This document shows, in pieces, positions 38,225 through 45,511 of a stretch of DNA of 64,000 bases. Both the position numbers and the translations under genes were made by a program. Position 1 is the first letter of the stretch, and the number at the start of each line of letters is the position of its first letter. This stretch comes from Clostridia bacterium (lineage in GTDB: Bacteria > Bacillota > Clostridia > Oscillospirales > Butyricicoccaceae): positions 1,015 to 65,014 of the forward strand of contig JAFYPP010000003.1 of NCBI GenBank assembly GCA_017559995.1, written 5' to 3'. Under the pieces are notes generated by a model. It was not told the DNA's origin and ran no database searches. It was given only the letters and a program-made list of their open reading frames with translations.

Positions 38225-39091
38225 ATGCCTGAAAAGGTTTCTCCTGGCCCGCTGCGGGGCAATCCCCCGCCCCGCGAGGCTGTTTGTGTCCATACCCGCA
38301 AAGTTTATGATTCCTGTTGTGAAAAAGAGTGTCTCCGGGACCTCCGCGTCTATCTCACTGGTGCCTCCCAGTGCATTCTGGAAAGCGCCATCAACGTGAA
38401 AGCAAAAAGCGCCGAACTGCTCTGGACCTCCATCGACGTGGAGCCCATCACCTACAACCGCGGATTTTTCACCGTTGACACCCGGTACTTTTTCAAGATC
38501 ACCTGCGAGGCCTTCTGCGGTGTGGGCCGCCCCAAGACCCTGACCGGTCTGGCGGTGTATGACAGACGCACGGTGCTGTTTGGCAGCGAGGGCAGCGCAC
38601 GCATCTTCAGTTCCATGTATACCGGCAATTCCCTTGATCTGCAGAATCCCGAGCGCTCCAACCTGCCGGTAGCGGTGGTGGAAGTGGTGGATCCCGTTGT
38701 GCTGGGCTGCCGTATGGAAGACCGCTGCGGCAGCTGCTGCTCGGTGGATGTTCCCGCCGACATCTGCGGCTGCTTTGACGATGACCTTGCCACCGGCGGC
38801 GAAGGCCGCCAGCTGCTGGTGACTTTGGGGCAGTTCAGCATCATCCGTCTGGAGCGTGACGTGCAGCTGCTGATGCCCGCCTATGATTTCTGTATGCCGC
38901 AGAAAGAATGCGCCGGCTCCGGGGAGGATCCCTGCGCCCTGTTCCAGAACTTCCAGTTTCCCGTGGATGAGTTTTTCCCGCCTAAAGAGTCCGATTTCCT
39001 CCAAAATCAAACCGGGAACACCGCAAGCAACTGCGGAAGTCCCCAGAACAACTGCGGCAATTGCGGCTGCGGAAAACTGTCCCGCAAGTAA
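38225..39091 (+). CDS. Cys-rich hypothetical protein (about 20 Cys in 288 aa; possible spore structural protein)
   Basis: ATG 38225 is preceded by a GGGAGG SD. There is no TM or signal peptide. Cys clusters: CVHTRKVYDSCCEKEC, CEAFC, CRMEDRCGSCC, CGC, and the C-terminal NCGSPQNNCGNCGCG. I recognise no family. Confidence 0.6.
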   Translation: MPEKVSPGPLRGNPPPREAVCVHTRKVYDSCCEKECLRDLRVYLTGASQCILESAINVKAKSAELLWTSIDVEPITYNRGFFTVDTRYFFKITCEAFCGVGRPKTLTGLAVYDRRTVLFGSEGSARIFSSMYTGNSLDLQNPERSNLPVAVVEVVDPVVLGCRMEDRCGSCCSVDVPADICGCFDDDLATGGEGRQLLVTLGQFSIIRLERDVQLLMPAYDFCMPQKECAGSGEDPCALFQNFQFPVDEFFPPKESDFLQNQTGNTASNCGSPQNNCGNCGCGKLSRK

Positions 39092-39097
39092 GCAAAC

Positions 39098-39129
39098 GAA
39101 AACGGCGTGACCGCAGTCACGCCGTTTTC
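39098..39129. terminator. Bidirectional terminator (Cys-rich gene / GNAT gene)
   Basis: GAAAACGGCGTGAC-CGCA-GTCACGCCGTTTTC between convergent genes. Confidence 0.85.
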
Positions 39130-39130
39130 T

Positions 39131-39676
39131 CTATTCTTTCAAAATCGCGTACCAACAGGCATCACAGATCCCCCGGTTATTGCGGTCCGAAGCACGGAGC
39201 GTCCCTTCATAGGTCATTCCGCACTTGCGCATCACGGCACCGGAATGGGGATTTCTCGGGTCGTGATAGGCTTCCACCCGTTGCAGACCAACGCGGTTGA
39301 ACAGGAAATCGATCACCAGGTTCAGCGCTTCGGTCATAAAGCCCCGATGCCACCAGGCTCGGCCAAGACAGTAGCCCACCGTTGCCTTTTCCACCCGTTC
39401 ATCCAAAGACATGACCGCGATACTGCCAACCGGCTCACCGCTGTCCTTGAGAACGATGGCCCAATGATAGTAGCACGGCTCTTCGTAGTGGGGCACCCAT
39501 TCCCGCAGGATGCCTTCCGTGATGGCTTCACCTGTGTGGGTGGGCCACGTCAGGTATTTGGTGACCTCCGGATCGGATGCCCAGTTGCGGTACATCGCCC
39601 CGGCATCCTCCACCGAAAACGGCCGAAGGATCAGTCGCCGACTCTCCAGCGTCTGCGTTCCGATATGATTCAGCAT
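39131..39676 (-). CDS. GNAT-family N-acetyltransferase (RimJ/RimL-like)
   Basis: 181 aa. LESRRLILRPF is the typical RimJ/RimL N-terminus and RGFMTEAL is the acetyl-CoA motif-A region. The start lies 3 nt after the AAA+ stop. Confidence 0.82.
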   Translation of the reverse strand: MLNHIGTQTLESRRLILRPFSVEDAGAMYRNWASDPEVTKYLTWPTHTGEAITEGILREWVPHYEEPCYYHWAIVLKDSGEPVGSIAVMSLDERVEKATVGYCLGRAWWHRGFMTEALNLVIDFLFNRVGLQRVEAYHDPRNPHSGAVMRKCGMTYEGTLRASDRNNRGICDACWYAILKE

Positions 39677-39679
39677 ACG

Positions 39680-41719
39680 TTATTCAAACAAATCGAAATC
39701 ACACTTTTCCAACAGGTCCAGCGCTGCATCGGGCTGATCCAACACCCGGCGGGACTGTGCCAGAATGGCACTTTCGATGACGTTTCTTGCCAAACGGCCG
39801 TTGCCGCTTTCCCGGCTTTCCATGGCCTGGATCACGCAGAAATAGTCCAGCAGCGCGCTCTTTGCGTCCTCGGACAGACGGTAACCTCGGGAGGTGGCGT
39901 TGATCTCGGCGATCTTTGCCAGCTCGTCGCCGCTGTAGTCGGGAAACTCGATGATGTTGGGGAAACGGCTTCGCAAACCGGAGTTGGCGGTGAGGAAGGT
40001 CTCCATTTCCTTGGTATAACCGGCAAGGATGACGATCAGGTCGTCACGGTTGTCCTCCATGCCCTTTACCAGCGTATCGATGGCCTCCAGACCGAAGCTG
40101 TCGTCCTTTCCACGATACAGCGAATAGGCTTCGTCAATGAACAGGACGCCGCCCAGGGCGCTCTTCATCACCTGCATGGTCAGGGGCGCGGTGTGGCCTA
40201 CGTACTTGCCCACCAGGTCCGCACGGCTGACTTCCACCAGCTGACCGCCGGACAGAACGCCGATGGCCTTCAAATACTTGGACACCAGACGGGCGATGGT
40301 GGTCTTGCCGGTGCCGGGATTGCCTGTAAAGATCATATGCATGGACACGCCGCTTACCGGCAGGCCCTGCGCTTTGCGCATTTCCTGCACCTTGTAGTTC
40401 TTTTCCAGCGACAGGATATACTCCTTGATCTCACGCAGGCCAACGATGGTATCCATCTCTGCTTTGACAGCCTCCAACTCACCGCGGTAGCCGCCGGGCA
40501 GCAGAGACAGCAGGTCGGTCTTCACACCGTCCAGCACGGCAAACAGATGGGAATCCTCACAAACCAGAGACACAGTCTGGTCGGGCGCGTCTTTTTCCAG
40601 CTTGTACTGCGCCAGCGCCTCGAAGCAATCGTTGGTATAATCCAAAATACCGCCGACCCCGGTATCCGGCTTGATTTTGTCTGCCAGGAATCCGTTGATC
40701 GCCGTATCCGCAGCAAGCGTAAAGCCAAGCCGCTTTACAGCTTTTTCGGAGAGTTTTTGGAACTGCAGCGCCGCGATCCGCTCCAGATTTTCCCGGGAAA
40801 GCTGCTGTGTGGCGCATACATCGCCCAAAGCATCCACAACTTTCGCGCCAAAAGCGCCAACAAGCTTGTCCAGACCTTTTTCCGAAACCAGCACCAGATA
40901 GCTGCCGTTGGCATAGATACAGCCCACCGTTTCGGAGGCCAGCGCCGTGCCGGCGTCCACAAGGTGTCCCTTCTGCATCACGTAACGGGAGGAAAGCTGC
41001 AGGCTTCCCGTGCAGATCAGCTCACCCAGCTGCTGCAAAAAGGCAGGATGACACTGTTCGTAGTGATCCATCACGAGGATCCCGCCCTTCAGCAGCGCGG
41101 CGTACAGATCCTGCAGGAACAGTTTTTCCTCACTTTGGCCGGGATACAGCGCAAGGTCCAGCGTCTGCACCGCGCCATGCTCCAACAGGCCGACTTTGTG
41201 CATCTCTTCTGCCACCAGATCCAAAGCGGTATGCCGTCCGGTGTTGGGCTTGCCGTGGACAAGAATGGCGTTGCGCAGGCCCTCAGGTTGTTCCCAACCC
41301 ATGATATAGGGCCGCTTGAAGGCAATGATCAGCTTCTTCAAAAAGGCCTCCTGACCGATCAGTTCCGCGGTCAGCCGAGGCAGCAGATCGCCAAAACGCT
41401 GCGCTTCCGGCCGGGTTTCGACCTCTTTCACGGCGGTTTCCGGTTTGGCAGGCGCCTTGGGCTGATAGGTCACCCCAAAATCCTTTTCCACTTCCTTCTG
41501 GATGGCGTCAAAATCCAGTTCACCGCTCATCTGCTTGAGTTCGTCCAGCTGATCCTGCAGTTTTTGATTGAGCTGTTCCTGCCGGGCTTTCATCGAATCC
41601 AAGCCCATGTTCACTTTTTTGCTTTGTTCCAGATACCGTTCAGCGCTCTGCGTGGAAAAGGTGCGATTTTTACCGTTTCCAAACACATCACGAAGCAGAT
41701 CGTCAAGCTCTTTCGCCAT
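39680..41719 (-). CDS. AAA+ ATPase, SpoVK/CbbX-type C-terminal module with a degenerate N-terminal ATPase-like module
   Basis: 679 aa from ATG 41719, with a GGAGG SD. The C-terminal module has GNPGTGKTT (Walker A), VLFIDEAYSL (Walker B) and the GYTKEM...RSRF block typical of SpoVK/CbbX. The N-terminal module reads LIGQEAFLKKL...VHGKPNTGRHT, a Clp-D2-like layout in which the Walker A lysine is replaced. Confidence 0.8.
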   Translation of the reverse strand: MAKELDDLLRDVFGNGKNRTFSTQSAERYLEQSKKVNMGLDSMKARQEQLNQKLQDQLDELKQMSGELDFDAIQKEVEKDFGVTYQPKAPAKPETAVKEVETRPEAQRFGDLLPRLTAELIGQEAFLKKLIIAFKRPYIMGWEQPEGLRNAILVHGKPNTGRHTALDLVAEEMHKVGLLEHGAVQTLDLALYPGQSEEKLFLQDLYAALLKGGILVMDHYEQCHPAFLQQLGELICTGSLQLSSRYVMQKGHLVDAGTALASETVGCIYANGSYLVLVSEKGLDKLVGAFGAKVVDALGDVCATQQLSRENLERIAALQFQKLSEKAVKRLGFTLAADTAINGFLADKIKPDTGVGGILDYTNDCFEALAQYKLEKDAPDQTVSLVCEDSHLFAVLDGVKTDLLSLLPGGYRGELEAVKAEMDTIVGLREIKEYILSLEKNYKVQEMRKAQGLPVSGVSMHMIFTGNPGTGKTTIARLVSKYLKAIGVLSGGQLVEVSRADLVGKYVGHTAPLTMQVMKSALGGVLFIDEAYSLYRGKDDSFGLEAIDTLVKGMEDNRDDLIVILAGYTKEMETFLTANSGLRSRFPNIIEFPDYSGDELAKIAEINATSRGYRLSEDAKSALLDYFCVIQAMESRESGNGRLARNVIESAILAQSRRVLDQPDAALDLLEKCDFDLFE

Positions 41720-42641
41720 CACACAAACCTCCACGCAAAAACTCGTTCAGGTACCGGAAGGGTACCATTTCATCACGTTCGTTCATTTCCAGGATCTCGT
41801 CGGCGGTGCACCAACGGAAGTCACAGGTTTCTCCCGGCTGCAGCACCACGGCATCCAGTGCAAAGTTCTGCCGGAACAGCCACACATCGGTAAACCAATC
41901 CCAGCCCTGATAAGAAAGAATGATCTTTCCGTTCTCCGGCGCTATCTCCAAACCGGTCTCCTCCCGCACCTCACGGAGGGCAGCCGCAAGGCTGTCATCT
42001 CCCGACAAAGCAGAGCCGCCGGTACATTCCCAAAGGCCTGCGTAGCCCTTGTTGGGCGCTCTCTTGGTGATCAGGAAACGGCCGTCGGTATGCTGCAGCC
42101 AAACGTGCACCGTCAGGTGATAATCGCCGGTTTGAAGGGGTTCTCCCCTTTTCTGTATACGGCCTGTAAAGGTTCTATCCTTGTCATAGATATCCCACAG
42201 TTCATCAGAGCTGGTCTGCACGTTTCGCCAGCCCTGTACCCAGTCGTAGAACTTGGAATGGGGCGCGGGATAGGTGAGATTTTTAGGCGGTCCATCCACC
42301 AGACAGACCTCCGCGATCTCCCGCTGGGGCAGCGGCCCAAGCTCGCTGATCTCCGCGAAATATACCAGGCCGTATCGGGTAATGCTGTAGGCGCAAATGG
42401 GCGTAAGGTCAAACTTGACCGCGCCGGTTTCTTCCCACAGTTCCCGTTCCGCGGCCTGCAGCGGCGTTTCACCGGGTTCGATATGGCCCCCGGGCAGCTC
42501 CCAGGTGTCCCGGTCCCTATGTCGGCAGAAAACCCAATGATCCCGGTATCGCGCGGCGATGACCACAAAAGTCAGCTGCTCGTCGGCGATCTCGCCCAGA
42601 GCATAGCGTTCCGGTGTTTTCAGCGGATGCTTCTTGTACAT
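41703..42641 (-). CDS. Tandem (double) NUDIX hydrolase
   Basis: 312 aa with two Nudix boxes: GGHIEPGETPLQAAERELWEETG and GGSALSGDDSLAAALREVREETG. Its 3' end overlaps the AAA+ start by 17 nt. Confidence 0.85.
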   Translation of the reverse strand: MYKKHPLKTPERYALGEIADEQLTFVVIAARYRDHWVFCRHRDRDTWELPGGHIEPGETPLQAAERELWEETGAVKFDLTPICAYSITRYGLVYFAEISELGPLPQREIAEVCLVDGPPKNLTYPAPHSKFYDWVQGWRNVQTSSDELWDIYDKDRTFTGRIQKRGEPLQTGDYHLTVHVWLQHTDGRFLITKRAPNKGYAGLWECTGGSALSGDDSLAAALREVREETGLEIAPENGKIILSYQGWDWFTDVWLFRQNFALDAVVLQPGETCDFRWCTADEILEMNERDEMVPFRYLNEFLRGGLCDGERA

Positions 42642-42726
42642 GGAGTACTCTCCCTCATCGTGGATTTTATTGATTTATCATACCATATTTTGCGCCGAAA
42701 AACAATGTTTCGCACAGGCAAAGAAA

Positions 42727-42756
42727 AACCGCCGTGGCCAAACGGTCACGGCGGTT
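42727..42756 (-). terminator. Rho-independent terminator of the hydrogenase operon
   Basis: On the minus strand: AACCGCCGTGACCGTTTGGCCACGGCGGTT followed by TTTTCTTTG, 15 nt after the hydrogenase stop. Confidence 0.85.
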
Positions 42757-42770
42757 AATTGCTTTATAAA

Positions 42771-44300
42771 TTAGTCCTTCAGCAGGGGCAGAGTGATGTC
42801 GTACTTGCTCTCCAGAGCGCTCTCGAAGGGAGCTTCCTTGGAGTACAGGCCGACAGCGGCGGCGCTCTTCTTGATGGGCTGGATGGTACCGGCACCGGCA
42901 ACGCAGCCGCCGGGGCAGCACATACCTTCCAGCAGATAGCCGTTGTACTTACCGGCCTTGGCCAGCATCAGCATCTTCTTACACTCGGACAGACCCTGAG
43001 CGGCAACGACCTTGACCTCACGGCCGGGAGCCAGGTGCTTGGCAGCCTCGACAACGGCAGCGGCAACACCGCCGCCAACGGCGAAGTTACGGGCAACACC
43101 GGAAGCCTCGCACAGGGGGACTTCATCCTCGGCGGGGATGGACTTGAAGTCCACTTCCTTGGCCTCGAACATACCCTGCAGCTCTTCGAAGGTCAGAACG
43201 AAGTCAACGTCGGAACGGACGCTGCGGCGGCTGGCCTCCAGCTTCTTGGCGGAGCAGGGACCGACGAAGGTGATCTTGGCGTCGGGATGCTGGGTCTTCA
43301 GCATACGGGCGGTCAGAACCATGGGAGACATAGCCATGGAAATGTTCATGGCCAGCTCGGGGAACTCCTTTTTGGTCATGACGGACCAGGCGGGGCAGCA
43401 GGAGGTAGCCATGAAGGGCTGATACTCGGGAACTTCACGCAGGAAGTCCTTGGCTTCCTCGATGGTGCACAGGTCGGCGCCGATAGCGACTTCCACCACG
43501 TCGGAGAAGCCCAGCTGTTTCATAGCAGCGGTCAGGCGCTCGGGAGTGGCATCGGGACCAAACTGGCCGTAGAAAGCGGGAGCCACGCAGGCGATGTTGC
43601 GATCGCCCTTCTTGATGGAGTGGATCAGCTGGAAGATCTGGCCCTTATCGGAGATAGCGCCGAAGGGGCAGGAAACCATACACATACCGCAGGACACGCA
43701 CTTGTCGTAGTTGATCTTGGCGCGGCCGTGCTCGTCGGACTCGATGGCGTTCATACCGCAGGCGGCGGCACAGGGACGCTCCTGCTTGATGATGGCGTTG
43801 TAGGGGCAGGCGTTGGCGCACTTGCCGCACTTGATGCACTTGGTCTCATCGATGACGGACTTGCCCTTCACGAAGCTGATAGCGCCCTTGGGGCAGACTT
43901 CGTAGCAGTAGTGAGACAGGCAGCCCTGGCAGCCATCGGTGACATGGTAACGGTTGGTGGGGCAAGCGTTACAAGCGTAGCTGATGATGTTCACCAAGGG
44001 GGGATCATAGTACTTTTCGGCAATGGCGCTCTCGTTGACGCCGTCGGACAGACGGGTGTGCTCGGTGATGGAACGCAGAGGCAGGCCCATAGCCAGACGG
44101 ATGCGCTCGCCAATGATGGCGCGCTCCAGGAAGATGGACTCACGATCCTCGGGCAGCTCGCCGGGAGCGATCTTGTAGGGCAGATCTTCGATACGGGTGT
44201 AGTCGCCGCCCTCATAGGCCAGACGGGCGACCTCGGTGAAGATCTGCTTGCGGTGTGCGGTCATGGAAGTTGCGATACCGCGGGTTTGAGTGAGATTCAT
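42771..44300 (-). CDS. [FeFe] hydrogenase, catalytic type (group-B-like, multi-ferredoxin N-terminus)
   Basis: 509 aa with several CxxCxxCxxxCP ferredoxin motifs. All three H-cluster motifs are canonical: TSCCPAW (L1), GPCSAKKLE (L2) and EGMCCPGGCVAG (L3). Confidence 0.88.
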   Translation of the reverse strand: MNLTQTRGIATSMTAHRKQIFTEVARLAYEGGDYTRIEDLPYKIAPGELPEDRESIFLERAIIGERIRLAMGLPLRSITEHTRLSDGVNESAIAEKYYDPPLVNIISYACNACPTNRYHVTDGCQGCLSHYCYEVCPKGAISFVKGKSVIDETKCIKCGKCANACPYNAIIKQERPCAAACGMNAIESDEHGRAKINYDKCVSCGMCMVSCPFGAISDKGQIFQLIHSIKKGDRNIACVAPAFYGQFGPDATPERLTAAMKQLGFSDVVEVAIGADLCTIEEAKDFLREVPEYQPFMATSCCPAWSVMTKKEFPELAMNISMAMSPMVLTARMLKTQHPDAKITFVGPCSAKKLEASRRSVRSDVDFVLTFEELQGMFEAKEVDFKSIPAEDEVPLCEASGVARNFAVGGGVAAAVVEAAKHLAPGREVKVVAAQGLSECKKMLMLAKAGKYNGYLLEGMCCPGGCVAGAGTIQPIKKSAAAVGLYSKEAPFESALESKYDITLPLLKD

Positions 44301-44332
44301 AGCAATTCCCCTTTATTTTAATCTATAAAAGT

Positions 44333-45511
44333 TTAACACATACTGAGTTTTACGTTTTTGCCAAGTTCAGAAAGTTCCTTTTCCAGAGCTTCCGCAAGGG
44401 CAAGTTTATTCTGGAATGACGAATGACCGGTGTGGTTGGCGGTATTCACGGCGGTGCCGAAGAAAATATTTACATCGGTTGCCTGCTCCAGCAGCAAATA
44501 TGCCAGGCGGGAGGCGCCGTCCTTCCCTTTTTCCAGATCCAGCGTCATCATGCAGTCCTTGCGATAACGACGGATCAGATCCACCGTTGCCTGCAGCGTC
44601 AGGAAACCTTCGGTAACAAGGTCCACACCGTCGATACGGGCCATAGCCGGTACATCCTCGGTAGCGGTATCTTCCTGGCTGTAGACTTCTTTGCCCAGGT
44701 AAGCGGCGACCGTTTTGGCGGTGGTACCGCCGCACACGGCGTGGGCACCTGCCTTGGAGAAGAACAAGCGCATGGTAGCCTGATCATCCTCACGGTTTTC
44801 GGGAGGTCCGATCATCACATTGGCCGCGTATCTGCGGCGAACCTTCAGTGCCAGCACGGTGGCATCGTCATCCGATTCGTCCAGATTGAGGGCCAGCGCC
44901 GCGCGGAGAATGATGGCGGCGATGCGCTGGGGCGACAGGTCTTCCCTGTCGTTCTGCGCGGCAAGGGCAGCGACATCTTCCGAAGGCCAGCCGTCACAGG
45001 TCTTACCCCGTCCGGCCTGGGTAATGCCGTCACTCATGAACAGCAGCAGATCGCCCTCTTCTAGATGCAGCGTGCTCTCGTGGATCTCTTTTTCACCCAC
45101 AAACTGCACGCCGTAGGGAAACCGGGTGGGCTTTCCGTGGCGGATCAGCAGCGCGGGCGGATTATCGTAGCGCGCAAGATACGCGGTCGTACCCTGCAGT
45201 TTCAGCGCGGTAAAAGTGGCGTAGGCCAGTTTCCGTTCCCGGCACATGGGCAGGGTTTCGGAAATGGTCATGATACACTCGTCGATGGGGATGTTTCCCG
45301 CCATCATGGCGGACAGCATTTTTGCGGTGATGGTGGCCAGAATGTTGGCCTTTACACCGCTGCCCATGCCGTCGGACAGCACCACGATGCGCTCATCGCC
45401 CACCGCGTCCTGACACCAGAAGTCACCGCAGATGCTTTCACCGTTTTTGCAGACGCTTGCGGCGCCCAGTTCCAGGACCAGGTCTCCCACGATCAGATTA
45501 TCTCTGTTCAT
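44333..45511 (-). CDS. PP2C/SpoIIE-family serine phosphatase
   Basis: 392 aa from ATG 45511, with a GAGGA SD; the track start is 45523. It has CGDFW...VLSDGMGSGVKANILA and FMSDGITQAG metal-binding blocks, plus a ~170-aa C-terminal domain I cannot assign. The start overlaps the HydS stop by 14 nt. Confidence 0.82.
   Translation of the reverse strand: MNRDNLIVGDLVLELGAASVCKNGESICGDFWCQDAVGDERIVVLSDGMGSGVKANILATITAKMLSAMMAGNIPIDECIMTISETLPMCRERKLAYATFTALKLQGTTAYLARYDNPPALLIRHGKPTRFPYGVQFVGEKEIHESTLHLEEGDLLLFMSDGITQAGRGKTCDGWPSEDVAALAAQNDREDLSPQRIAAIILRAALALNLDESDDDATVLALKVRRRYAANVMIGPPENREDDQATMRLFFSKAGAHAVCGGTTAKTVAAYLGKEVYSQEDTATEDVPAMARIDGVDLVTEGFLTLQATVDLIRRYRKDCMMTLDLEKGKDGASRLAYLLLEQATDVNIFFGTAVNTANHTGHSSFQNKLALAEALEKELSELGKNVKLSMC

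Noticed and set aside
38035-38301. An 89-codon N-terminal extension of the SpoIID-like ORF, and likewise the extensions of the HlyD-like (29790-29903), tgt (34110-34163), gerC-type (57686-57967) and anti-sigma (60113-60166) ORFs.
   Set aside because: Internal ATGs have strong SD sequences and yield proper signal peptides, lipoboxes or conserved N-termini. The extensions run through intergenic or neighbouring-gene sequence.
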